DNA from: Hyphochytrium catenoides
Taxonomy: Eukaryota > Protista > Hyphochytriomycota
DNA: 64,000 nt
Direction of reading: 5' to 3'
NCBI GenBank assembly: GCA_900088475.1
Contig: FLMG01000355.1
Coordinates: 1 to 64,000 of the forward strand
Shown here: positions 11,472 through 24,194 of the stretch, piece by piece
Numbering within the stretch: position 1 is the first letter of the stretch
Layout of the letters: every line of letters begins with the position of its first letter
Notes under the pieces: model-generated
What the model was told of the DNA's origin: nothing
The model's input: the letters and a program-made list of their open reading frames with translations, nothing else
Databases searched by the model: none
Program-made: the position numbers and the translations under genes

Positions 11472-14400
11472 TTAAGGAGCTTCATCGTCGACCACCTCTG
11501 GGGAGGAAGTGGGGACATTGGCATCTGCAAGAGCAAGGCGCTTGTTAGAGAATGGGACTTTAAGGGGCACATCAGCATCGTATAGTAACGTAGCAATGCG
11601 TAACGGAAAGGACCTAATCGGGCAGTGATGCAGACAGTACGGAGGAGTTTGGGGCACAAATGCATACGGTAGAAGAGGCTTGATCTTACTCTTCTTCGGT
11701 TCCCCCCTCTGTACTGCGGTGATTCTGTCACCAAGGCTGAGGGCAATGCCTTGTGTCTTGCTTCTGATACGGATGTACCCAGAAATCTTTCCATCCTCCT
11801 GCTTCTCAACGCTGAGATTGATCAAAGCATCCTCGCCTGTTTTAATGAGCAGAAAAGAGGCATCAGAAACATCAGGGCTAGAATAACGACTAGTGGGTTG
11901 AGCTGCACAATGCGAAGCTCTCCTATAGGACGATCATGTCTCACCAAAAACACTCTTTGCATACAAGTTCGCTGCAAGGAAGTTCGTCTCGCCGTCCAAA
12001 GCGGACACAGGCGTGAGACAATTCATGTTTGTGCTCTTCACAATGTGAGAGAGAAACTCCGTCACGTCTGTGATATTGGTATTGACTGCAACCTTATTCT
12101 CCCATTCAAACTCCGCCCACATAGTGCGGAAGGCAGCATCGCTACAGGTGCCTAATCAGCGCAGAGAGGACAGAGTTAGGTAAGCAAGAACGGAGACGTG
12201 AAAAGTGGAAGGAAACGTCTAAGGGCAAGATCCGGATATGGAGATAAGCAAAGGGTGATTAGGCATGACTCCTTCTGCAGAATGCAACCCCTTCCTGGGT
12301 AACCACTATGGCCTTAACCCCTTCATGCTGTCTGTTGGACGTCCTGTTTGGGGAATATCATTAGTCCTACAGCTGCTCAACCTGGTTGTATATAGTCCAT
12401 AATGTCGAGGTGCACGTCATTGAGGTTGATCACAGTCTTCTCGACGTTGCTCGAGGTGTCAAAGACTATTGTGCCAAAGATGTGTCCGGTCTCAGTGGAC
12501 GAAACCTGCGGGTTGGAATTAGGCAAGTATTGTATCACCGTTAGAATGGGCGATAACAGAGGATGTTCGAGTAAAGCGAGAGGGGATAAAGTATGAACTC
12601 CCTAGATCATAGACACAAAACAAGCTACATTCAGGCACCTTGATGTTAGCCTTGATCGTCTTATGGTCAAGAGGTCCGATTGTATAGCTCTGCGGTCGCT
12701 CCACCAGCTTCAGATCACCCATAGTAGCCAGCTCTACCGTGAGATTGGTCAAAGTCTACGAGAAAAGAAGCAAATTTAGCGGTACGATTATCCAGTCTTC
12801 AGATGTCCAATAATTGAAATCGAAGTAGGGCTAAAGAACGAAGACGCATAGCAACTTTTCTAGTGGCTACCGGTACTGTTCCAAAGGAGGCGCTCCTTTG
12901 ACGGTAAAGCATAACATGGCTAGAACAGAGAGCCCGAGGAGACCACAACCATCGGCCTTACATTTGGCGTTCTATTGATGACAAGAATCTCCAGAACAAT
13001 GTCATAGTCATGGACTGTCACATATGCCTCTGCGTAGACTGGATCCGCAAAGCCAGAGAGCTGATAAATCCGTGCCAGCTTGGACTCAAAGGGAGTCTGA
13101 TCCTTGGCTCCGGTCGCCCGTGAAATGTCAGTGCTATCGTCAATGTCAATCTCTAATGGAAGCCATGACATGGGAGAGGTTGGATAGATGAGGAGGGTTA
13201 GAAGTCCGCTCGCAAGGAGAGATGCAGCCAACCAACTAATGAAGTGTACTGACTATATAGGTAAGCAACGAACAGACAACAGTGCGTTATCGTTGAAGTT
13301 CTTCACGTTCAATCGTCCTCAAGAAGGCGAGCCAGTAGAAGAAGCCTCATGACCGACGCATTAGCCGAATTAATAGAGAGAAGAGTACTCCTACATCTCA
13401 CCTGTGACACCTAAGGACTTGGTCCCTCTCAGCTGCCGGATGGAGATTAGATCGTCTGCTTGGGCAACGGGCTGTAAAACCTTGGTAGACTTCAGCTCAG
13501 ACTCCTTTTGAGCAGCCAAAAGCGCAGAGTAACTTCGACGGCAGTCTGACAATAAAAGAGAACGATCATTAGCACTCGCTTAATTTGACAAGCCTTAGAT
13601 TGAATAGGAAATTTAGTCAGTGGATACGACGGCTTGAAATCAAGCTATGGGCCAATAAACCTTCCACGAACTATTCGGTGAAGTTTAAAAGCTTTAAATG
13701 GTTACTTTACCTCCTAGCATCGTTACTCCAAGTTCCTCTCCTATAGAAGGATCGCCAAGGATCTGCAGGCAGAGGGAGATCCTCTGACGTGAATGACTAT
13801 CGATCTTCGCCTTACTGTGCGATGACTGTCCGTACAACACGATGTTGCACATCATCATCATCGACTCCACAATCTAAGAAGTGTCCCGTAGCGCAAAGTG
13901 AGGGACAAATAGTCAGACTTGCCAAAGAGCTATGGCACTTGAAGAGGTGCAGGATGAATACAAGGGCCCCTTTGAGATAAATTTCATAGATGGTAGGACA
14001 AGGCCTTGCTCCGAGAAAGGTAGGGATGTACGTCGCAGGAGGGCTCTCAAAAAACGCTATGGAGTTATGCTAAGCTTTGCAAAAGATGCTCAAAACTAGC
14101 TATACGAGCAAACGGCAGCACTACTATAAAAATAAAGCGCGTAACAGTAGGCCAGTATAAATATAGAGAGTCAACCAGCACTTACAATGACTTTGGCCGA
14201 TGGAGAATTGGATCCGTAGGTTGATGCAGCACGGAGTGACAGTTTGGTGAGGCAGACAGCAATTGAACTGCCAAGGTAGTAGTCACCAGCGAGAAGTAGT
14301 TTTCTAAGGGTGGCCTGAGTAGACAAAGGAGTAGAAAGCCGATGACACATTAGATCAGCAATCATAAATAGTACCGCAAAGATAAAAACTGAAGTATTCG

Positions 14401-17400
14401 CCGAATAGCAAAGGCAACTCATCCTTCATGAAATGTCTCTCATTCCGGAAAATTGAGAAAATACAGCGAGATAGAAAAGATGCGAAGTCAACTCACCTCC
14501 GCTTCTTCCACATGCTTCACTGCATTATCCACCACCGTTTCCGTGGCATAAGTACCATCAGCTAGAACTACACTCTTTGTCGTCAATTTGGTCTCAGAGG
14601 GCTCAACCTGTTTGGAAAAGAGATAGAGCATAAGGTTAAAACTTTGAAAGCGTGAAGCTGATGCTTTGTCAAACCCGACCTCCTTTTGCGGTGCCGATGA
14701 GTAAGGCATGACAAGAAAGGCCGCACGCTATTCCCTTTCAAAGAGAAGTGCAACAATAACATAACCCACCTTGGGCTCCTCTTTCTGGTACTGAACAAGG
14801 GGAAGAGGTCCAAAGCACTTTTTTATAACTTGGAACGCCTCTTGAAGCAGCGCGGAGCTTTCACAGTACTCTCCTAGGATCCAAAGGGCCACACGGTAGA
14901 CCTTGCCGCTCTTGACGTCGGGGAAGCAGACAAGAAGCTTTCCCAATATGCTTGTACGCATTTCCTTTTGGTGAAGAAGCATATGGAGTCGTAAGGCCGG
15001 AAGAGATGGGTTCTAATATCAAAGGATTGATATGGACTATGGCTCTTGGTCAATTTGAAAGAGAAGGTCACAACTCTCAGGAACAGCTGTATTCGAAAGT
15101 TTGCGGATAGCAGGGGACCCTGAAGACAGATTTGGGATGAAAAGGGCGAGCAATCTTACAGGGTATGATTCACAGATAGCCCTAACGAAGTGGATCACGT
15201 CTAATGCGCCATCACCGCCGAGAAATTCCATGAGTACATGGACCTACAAGCACCAGAAATGTCAGCAATCCGTTTGATGGATTAATTCTCCTCTAAATAT
15301 TCCATGTAAGGACAATCAATCGAAGATAGCAGAGGGCCAGAAAGAAGCGCTTGAGTATTAGCTCCAAACGAGAGGAAAGAAAGCTAACTTCCTAAGAAGA
15401 GGTCTTGGAGATAGTTCAGAAAAGGAGAGACACTATTGTGTTATCAAAAGGTAAGGAGCAGCTGGAGGCTTAAAGTCCGCAATTACCACTGAGTTGGCAA
15501 CGTCTGGAAACTTTACGGCACAGTTATGAATCGCCTTGATGAGCAATTGGCGGTATTCATTGCTCTTTTCCATGTCCCTAAAAAGAAGCAGATGTAAGCG
15601 CAAAGATTGATGTCATAGAAGGAGATACGGGCCACGATCCGTAGGATAAACTTTAGGCCAACAAGGATCAGGGAAGTGTGAAAATGTTTAAACCGCGCGT
15701 ACTTATCCTGAGTCTTCAATACTTCACGCTTTAGAACGGCCATGACTTCATCCACATTGCGAGGCGAGATGAGATCCATTGCAATATCCAGGACCTGTGC
15801 AATATGGGCAAGTGGTCACGTTGATAAGCACCAGGTCTATAGGATTGAAAATGAGCTACGAGCGAGCCTTACCTTTTTCCTAATGTCTGTGTTCGGGCTA
15901 TTCAAAGCTCGCATGACGTCCATCATGATCTCTTGCAAGACCTGAGGAATTGTTGCGGTGAAAAAAGCTGATACTTAAGCAAAGGCACAGAAATGTCAGG
16001 CATGTCGGGCCACCACACATGCTCTGCTACTCCTGCGTCCGACTAGGGACCCGCCAAAACTCCGGCTCTTATGGCATCTACCTTTGAATGGTGTTTCTTC
16101 AATTCCTCAAGCCTATTGAGTACAATAAGCTTCACGTTGTTATCGCTTTGCGTATTCAACAATGCAGCGTTTGTAGCGGCAGCCGCTCTGACAGCCGTAG
16201 GAGCAGATGATAAGGACATCAAAGTCCAAGCCGCTTCATAAGCTACGGCCGCCGACCCGGAGTTCAGCAATTGGAAGATGCATCGTACAAAGCGTGCTTT
16301 TTGCTGTGGGTCCTGGCGACAAACTTTCCGTACCAACTCCAGGATGACCAAGCTAAATCCGTCACCAAACCGAGGAACCTGAAGTATCGGTTAGCAGGAA
16401 AGCAAAAGCGAGAAACACAAGAGATTCACACTCTTACCTGCTCAAAATTATTGATCAAATAGGCTACAGCTCTATCCTGCGCACAGTCAAAGAGCATTAA
16501 GAAGGCATTTCTTCTCGTATTCATGTCAGTTTCTGTCTGAATCAGCCTCTCGATGAGGTCAGGTCCGTCGGGAAGTAAATGATCACCGAAGTTTTTATAA
16601 ATATGGAACACAGCCATCACAGCATTCCGGCGAACGAAAGAGTGTCGGTGCTCAAGATTCCTAGAAGGAATTGACAGTATCCGGGGTGGTAAGTAGTGGT
16701 CGTGTGTGTGGAGAAGGAGGGAGGGCGGTGGTTGGCCAGAAGAAGCGAGTGAGCATTGGAAGCAGCAAGTAACAATGGAAGACAGAGATTCTCTCACGTT
16801 TTAATGGAGGCAATTAGGGGCTCCAAGAGCTCGGGTTCTCGTAATTTGCACAGGAACCTAAGCATGCAGCCTCTTACGAACTCATTCGGGTGAATGAGGT
16901 CATTTCTGTTATACGGGAAGTAGAGGACATGGTCAGCTTTGGGGAATTCGCTCAGCATTATAGGCCTAGGAATAAGTCTAGCAATATACCTCAGTGCGTT
17001 GCAGACAAGGATCATTTCCGGCAGAAGCTTTCCAGAAGCATCAGTCTTTGGTACCACTTCCCAGTAAATCATGAGGAGCTTTTTCAAGTTATGGTCCTGG
17101 TTCGGCACACAGTACTGGATAACCTATAACATAACAGGGGAGTGTAAGAAGCAGTACGTGATCAGGGACAAGCACTAAGCAGCAAACCGGTATATTGAAA
17201 GAGCAAGCAGTGACGGTCAGCTTCCTTGGCGAATGAGGGATGATAAACAGAACCGCATAAGGAGGATAGTAGGATAAAGGGAAAGAAGAGAAGAGGTCAC
17301 TGTTAGAAAAGTGAGATGTCTTCTTACCTGCATAAGCAATCGAGGGAAGGATTCCCCGGCTAGGAGACCCATGATAGCCAGCTTCATTGCTTTGACCTTG

Positions 17401-17574
17401 AGCTCCACCTTTCCGATACAGGGATCCCTGTCAGTGATGTATAAACGACCCATCCACCAGGAATATGATTACCTTCGGACTCTGAAGATCTTTGATGATC
17501 TCCTCCTGGGTAGGAGGGTTGCCTTTCTCCTGGCGGCTGAGAAGGATCGTACAATTCTTCTCTATATTGCTCAT
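11472..17574 (-). CDS. COPB1: Coatomer subunit beta (beta-COP), multi-exon
   Basis: [12 protein letters not shown]..., [132 protein letters not shown]. Confidence 0.97.
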
Positions 17575-18197
17575 CGTGTCCCCTGTGGAGTGCCTGCTAT
17601 GGGCTACGGCTGTTCAAAGCGTGGTCGGGACGGCAGTCCCGTGCTCTCCCGAAGACTTAAAGGAGTATAAGCATCCAGATGGAAGCTCTAATAATTGTTT
17701 GACCGCGGTAGTACGAGATCGGCCTCCTTTCGGCTTATCGACACGGCCTGGCAGCTCTGCAGTCGTACGAAGTCATGAAGTGGAAGAGCTGCTGTTGTGG
17801 TTCGACAGGTACTCGACACTTGAGAAAAAAGATTGCCGTCAATCGATCATATCTGACCTTGCTCTGTCTTTCCGCATGTGTCTACTCAGCCAACTCTCTT
17901 CTTTTGTGGCTGGAAAGGAGGGCTCTTTCTTGCCTTTCTCATCTCTTAGGGCTCTGACTCTTCTCTCACATGTCCTCATTATATAGTAATAGGCAAGCTG
18001 TCTGTGTATATCTGACTGTGTAGACATCCTTACTACGTCCACTTGCTTCCCGAAACATTGCTGAAAGATTTGATCTGAGAGAATATTTGGAATAAGAAGT
18101 GGTTTGCTCTGAATAAAGATTGATAAGAGGGAGACTAGTTATGAATGGAGAGTGCTGTATTCCTGATTCCGCTGATAATGAAGCGACGTCAACTGAT

Positions 18198-18330
18198 GAG
18201 GAAGCAGGGCACCACCCTCCTCCTTGTCGGTTGTTGGTGCTTCTGACCCTCGTCGCTCACCTCTCATCCTATCGAGGAAGCAGAAAAGCAGGCATCGCCC
18301 TTCTTGTCGGTTGTTGGTGCTTCTGACTCT
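18198..18330. repeat. Imperfect ~80-bp tandem duplication
   Basis: Exact 25-mer CTTGTCGGTTGTTGGTGCTTCTGAC at 18223-18247 and 18303-18327. GAGGAAGCAG precedes each copy, at 18198 and 18274. Confidence 0.8.
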
Positions 18331-18729
18331 CATCTCTTATTCCATCGTCCCCACTCAGCTCCTGTGCAGAGTGCCATGGTGTTGAATGTTCGGACCCTCG
18401 TCTTCGCTGGTTACATCCCCCGCTCTTACTACGAGAAGGTGGCACCGCCCCAGATTCTGAGCTTGGGGCACCTATAATCTTCCTATGGCTCGCGGCGGTG
18501 ATTTGGACGCTTTGCATGAGGACTGTGATCGCTGATGCCGTGATAAGAGTTGCATAGGCGCACTTCCATCATGCTTGCGTTGCTCTCCCGGTGCTTCATA
18601 AGTTGTCTTTCCGACAGCCAGAAAGTGTCCCAGGGACGTGATGGGCTCTATAGGGCTAAGGTCCACAAAAGGAGTTGCTGCTGAATGCTAAACACAATTG
18701 TCTGCGGCGAAGTGGGCAGGCGTACCTAA

Positions 18730-21700
18730 ATGGATCCCTTTAAAGGCCCAAAGCGCTTTACGGCTAGGCAAAGGGGCCCCATTACGCCTACCCACGACCA
18801 TCTCAGGAGTGTAATGAACTCGGAAGACAGAGGCCATGACGTGCGGTTGTTGGCCCTGGACTCACCCAATCACAGTCCTAGACCCGGCATCATGATGGCT
18901 GCAAGTCCTCTGCAACTGGGTGCCCAGAACCAGATTAATCCTGTCTACTTCCAACCATCCACAGGGAAACGAAAAGCCCAGATGAGCGGACATGACGGAA
19001 CTGTTATGGAGCTCATCTCATCTTGCCCGCGACCCACAGGAGCATTGCAAGGGATAACAGACCATGATGAAGGTTGAGCTTTCCTCTGAGGCACCATCCA
19101 TTATTATCAATGTCTGACACTCTCCGGCAGACAACGTCATGATGGCAACCGTAATCCAAAGAGTAGCGGCGCTTGAGCAAGCCAACAGCCAGCTGTATAT
19201 GGAGCTAAAGAGGGTGAAGGATGAGTTCGCAAAGGTCCTTGACTCTACAGCGCAGGTCTGCCCTGATTCGTCGAACATGTTATCATTGCCACAAGCCTAT
19301 CAACCCGTCTTCTCACGTCCACAGAGTGGCCGTGGTGGACATCCACTCAACCTTTATCCAAGGGTTCCCGCTATCGAAAGCGAAGGTCAGCTCCACGCAA
19401 CCCCAGTGGAGCAGCGGTCGTTAACGGCGGAGATGGAAAATAGGGTCTGTAGTCTAAGCCGTCAAATGTTTTATGGACGACATCATAACTCTTCCACACT
19501 CCTAGCTAAAAAGCCTTGAAGAGCACATGCAGAGCCTGACGCAAGTCCTTCAAGCTCTTGAAGTCTCAAAGGTCGAGAACCAGGAAGAGCAACAAGAATC
19601 TTGGAATAAGTGGGGTATCCCTAATTTGATGCTTTTACATTCTGCAGGTGCTACACCTACCAGCCCAGCTTTCTGACTTAAGAGATGCCGTTCAGAGTCA
19701 ATTTAATCGTTATGGAAGGGCCCAGGAGGAGGATAGAAAACACCTTAGTTCTCTGTATGAGGAGGTAAGTTAGCGGTACACTTGGCGCCGGCTTAGCCCT
19801 AAGCACGATTTCCATTCTCAGTTATCAAACGTCAAAGGCTCATTAGTGAAAGCAGAAAGCGCGGACCAAGGGTTGGTTGCTTTCATCAGAGAACGGCTTT
19901 CATCATTTGCTCGAAAGCTTCAGGGTGTCGATGATTTCAAGCTTGCGGTACGGGTGAGGTAACACTGAATCAGCCATTCCCCTAATCGTCTTTTCTACTT
20001 AGATTGAACAGATGCGGCAAGATCTTCTTCTGATGCCTGATCGCTTAGCGGATCTGGAGCAAAGAACAAAGGAGAGTGCTAGTAAGGTTATCGACGATCA
20101 GCTAAATCGGATAGAGGAAGATTTGGTGAGCTATTCATATCTCAGACCTGACGTCTATCTGTTCTTACATAAATCTATTTCTTTGATTATAAAGAAGGCA
20201 ACAAAGTTTGATCTGCGTAAGGTTGAACGTCGCGTAGAGCAAGTTGAGCCGAACCTGATGCTAGTAGCTAACAGAGGACAGATGGAGCTCCAGGAGGCCT
20301 TAGTAAAGCGCCTTCAGAACGTAGAGGCGACTCGTGTATGGGATAGAGAGCAGGCAGAACTAGTGATGTCGGTAAGAGTGCGATCTGTGGACGGCTCTGT
20401 CCAGTCGCGGTTAAACTTACTCTATTTTGTGTTCCAGAGCTTTCAGCAGTTGATGGAAGAGCGCTGCCCCAATCTTGCTCGGCAGGTATCCCATCACATG
20501 CGTTATAGCCTTGGCTTTTCAAAGTTCCGCTCCCAGGGACTTTGCTGCCGGGGTTCATTCCTAGTGTAGTCTTTTTACTCATACGCCCGAATTATGCTTT
20601 GTTTCGAGTCCTTGACGTTGCTCCAATTGGCTCTATTGCATAAGGTGTTTCAAGAACATGCCGACATCCTGCCAGCAGGAGCAGCTTCACTGTCCGGAAA
20701 TCGAGTGAGTTCAGCCCGTCCATTGTCGTTGTGTAATAAGCAGACCGAAGATCAACTTGCAGAAACCGCAACAGACCTGACCAAGCTGGAAGAAGTTGTT
20801 AGGGCAGAGATATCTTCCAGGTAAGCGTGAGTCTACCAGCCTACAATCATATAGTGGCTTGTTGATTTGTATCCTAATGAGTCAGTTGCAGGCTCCGCAG
20901 CGAACAGAAGTTCAAGGACAGGGTTGAGAGCAAGTTAGCAAGCCTTTCCGATTATCTTGAAGAAAGAAGCAAGTCTTTGGAGGACATCACCCGGCAAATA
21001 GAACTTCGCATTAATGGCGCCACCGAGATACTCACCAAACAATGGGAGGGAACAAGGATCGCTCTTGAGCAAAGGGTTGAGACCAAAGTAGCAGTGCTTC
21101 AAGAGCGGCTTGGTGTACTAGAGAGCTGCCTAGAGAGCAGCAAGAAACGAGTTGTGGAAGCAGAAGGCGCCAACTTTGCTATGGCAAAGAGGGGTCAGGA
21201 GGAGCTAAAGGAGATGCAAGACGCCTACCAGAAACAACTGGAGAGACTTCAGATCGACTTTAAGCGGCAAATGTAAGCATATACCCACGTCTCTTTACAT
21301 GTTTACTAAGACGGGGAGGAAAACGACGCATGAAGGAGCGAAGGCGGTTAGGTGGGATGGGGTAGATGGTAAGCGGAGGTCCGTGAAGAAAGAGGGAGTG
21401 TAAAAGACAGAGAGAAGAATAACGGTGATGGAGCTTTGAGGGCAAGAAATGGTTTCCGTACAAAATCAGCTTAAGGACACCCAGCTTAAGACTATATTGT
21501 TACTATAACTTGACAGAGATCTAATGGAGCAAGAGCTTTGTCAGCGGATGGAGACCCATCTTAAGGCCAATACAGACGCTTTGGAGGCAATGAGGACAAT
21601 CATGCTTAGCAATCGCCAAGAGGTATTCGAAGCCATTGAGCTCAAGGACGAGGAGGAAAGATGCAGAAGTGAGAATTTTGAAAAGACCTTTCATGTAAGA

Positions 21701-22777
21701 TAGCTATTTGATAGCCAAACAGTTTGCTTGATATCTCATCTGAAACAATCTACAGAAGCTCTTGACGGAAAGCTGTAAGGAGTTGAAGCGTGAGATTAAC
21801 TCGGCAGCAGTCGCGACATCATCAAAAGAGATTGCTTCCCTGAGGTACAGCATTGAGGCGCAAGCTGCCGACCTGAAAGCCGTTAAGGATCAAGTGTCTT
21901 TGTTTGCTACGACTTTCCTTGAACAAAATGAAAGCCAAGAGCGCAGTGTGAGAGCACATTTTGCAGAAAGTGGGTAGAGCTTCATCCATACTGAAAGCGT
22001 TCTTAGGTCCCGGCGAAGCAAGCCGACTTGGATTTTTTACGGAAAGAGGTCTCTGCTCTACAAGCAAAAACCTTTGCACAGTTGGAGGAGCTAGCAGGCA
22101 GAATGGATATGTCGATCACAGGCTCCCACGCCCAGTCGGGAGCTTCGTTGGAGGTAAAGTTAGCTCTACTGCTGTAGGTTGGAGATAGGGTGTACATCTC
22201 TTGTCTTGAACTCTGCTGACTACACCTTGTAACGCAAGGAGCTGAGACTGGTAGAGGAAAAATTAATCGCGGTGGACTCTCTTCTTCGAGAAGAGTGCAT
22301 CAGAATCAGAGCTCTAGAGAGCGACTTCAACACTTGCGCTGATGCAATCAAGGTATATCAATACGATTTGCTAAGAGGATCAGTTCACTGACGTAAAGGA
22401 TTGCTTTCAGGATCAAGAGCTCAAGACCATGGCCATCAATGCGCAATTAGCTGACTTTGTAAAGGAGATGAAGGTGCGCCACGTGTTATCCTACGGAGCA
22501 CCATTAGGGATGAAGTCCCACGTCCTTTTCGTTTGTATTGGAACAGGGATATCGAGGCATCTCGGACGATGCGTTCCTGGAGAGTTTGAGACTCTCGAAC
22601 CCCTTTGGCAGCTTTGATGTCAGTGAGGTAAAGGTTGATGATGGTAGAATTATTGAACTAGAGGCCAAAGCACCTTACTCTTCCTCGCAATCGTTATTCG
22701 ACCAGGCATCCTTAAGGAGCAAACGAATTTCAACTTTCAAGGCGTCTCATCTGGCAGCCGGTGATCCATTCACTTAG
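18730..22777 (+). CDS. Uncharacterised long coiled-coil protein, multi-exon with short introns
   Basis: A chain of E/K/Q/R/L-rich heptad-like exon ORFs (e.g. 19139, 20012, 20977, 21762) separated by ~50-60 nt GT..AG introns and ending AAGDPFT*. No family recognised. Confidence 0.7.
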
Positions 22778-23022
22778 ACTTGTATTTTTTATATATAAAA
22801 AGTGTATGAACAATTATGATGACAACTTCGTAGCCACGGCAAGCCCTAGATCATTTGTCTCGAGCTTATTACGTAGTCTTCTTAGGCAGCGACAGCATTT
22901 CAGAAGAGTGAAGGAAGCAGCACCCGCCAATGATATGAGGCAAGTATTATGGACATGGAGCGGTGGGTGCCACAGGCATAAATAAAATCCTGACTCCATA
23001 GAGCTACATCACAGATGCCTGG

Positions 23023-23640
23023 TTACCCACTAGCCTGAGGTGCGAACGGGGACAAGTGAGGTGTAATGCCGACAGTACTATAGTAGGAAGAATTGCAAAG
23101 CGAGCTCTGCTGATACTGCTCATGCGGGGGAGGCGTGATGGAGACGTACCAGCCCCACTGGGGCGATACGGTCTCGTAATCCATTCGTCTCTCTTCTGTC
23201 CCAGTGGAGCCTGAATCGTCCGGACTTCCTCTTGCTGTCTCTAAGATGCTGTCGTCGACACCTTCCATTAGAGCGGTCCGTCTATGTCTAACAAAGCTCT
23301 GTCTGCTTTTCTTGCTATGGAGAGATGGATCCGATGCGAGGCCTAATCCACCGAGACGTCCTGGCATGCCATTCATTGCATCCTCTAACCTTTCCTCCTC
23401 TTCCATGTCCTTTCCTAGTACCTCAATAAGACTTCCTCCATGCTCGTCACTCCAGGAGATATCTCTATTAAGAACCTCTTCCTCGGTGGACTCCTGGTTG
23501 CTAATCAGCTTGTAGACGGATACCGCAGTAGCCGCAGCCACGGCAACAGAACCAATAATTGGGTGCTTCTTAAACCACTGAATGCCAAAGTTTACCTCGC
23601 CAATCGCTGGGATGGCTGAGGCGGCCACATTTCCATTCAT
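23023..23640 (-). CDS. Intronless 205-aa hypothetical protein with an N-terminal hydrophobic segment, an RVxW-like motif and an SPQWGWY motif
   Basis: Clean ATG-to-TAA ORF containing PIIGSVAVAAATAVSVYKLI, RDISWSDEHGGSLIEV and SPQWGWYVSITPP. Confidence 0.75.
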   Translation of the reverse strand: MNGNVAASAIPAIGEVNFGIQWFKKHPIIGSVAVAAATAVSVYKLISNQESTEEEVLNRDISWSDEHGGSLIEVLGKDMEEEERLEDAMNGMPGRLGGLGLASDPSLHSKKSRQSFVRHRRTALMEGVDDSILETARGSPDDSGSTGTEERRMDYETVSPQWGWYVSITPPPHEQYQQSSLCNSSYYSTVGITPHLSPFAPQASG

Positions 23641-24136
23641 TCTCCGAAGCCGGTTGAGATAGGAGGCTCCACAAGCTTGGCAAGAGATTGTCGTTCTGGG
23701 AGAATATCTGATAATTAAGCAGGCGCTCCACTTTTGCAGGTGGTAGAGTTAGAAGCCGCAAAATGGATAAGGTTGATCTTTTTAGGCTGGGGTTTTCACT
23801 CTGCGATAATAAATGCTGATCAAGAGTCTGAAGGCTTGGAGCTATTGCATCTGGGGAAGAAGTATGGGTCTTCCTTGTGCGAACTGGCCCGCGCCGACGG
23901 CGAGGTTCAAGAAGAGACAGAATTGGGTGAGCTCTCAAAGGTGTGGAAGTTCCAATAGCAGAGGAGGGCTGAGCAGATTTCGCGCCTTTCAGTATCAAGA
24001 AAGCTGAATCTTCTTCTTGGTGCGAGGGAAGGGAGACGAAGACTGAGCCAGCGCTTCCAGGCTCATCGACACAGCCGGCGCTCACCTGACAAGATGCATC
24101 GTGCGATGACGAAGCAATAGAAGAGGAAAGGGACAC

Positions 24137-24194
24137 AGAGAGAGAGAGGGGAAGAGAGAGAGAGAGGGCGGAGAAGAGAGAGAGAGAGAGAGAG
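24137..24194. repeat. (GA)n/(TC)n microsatellite upstream of the 23.6 kb gene
   Basis: Interrupted GA dinucleotide run, seen directly. Confidence 0.9.
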
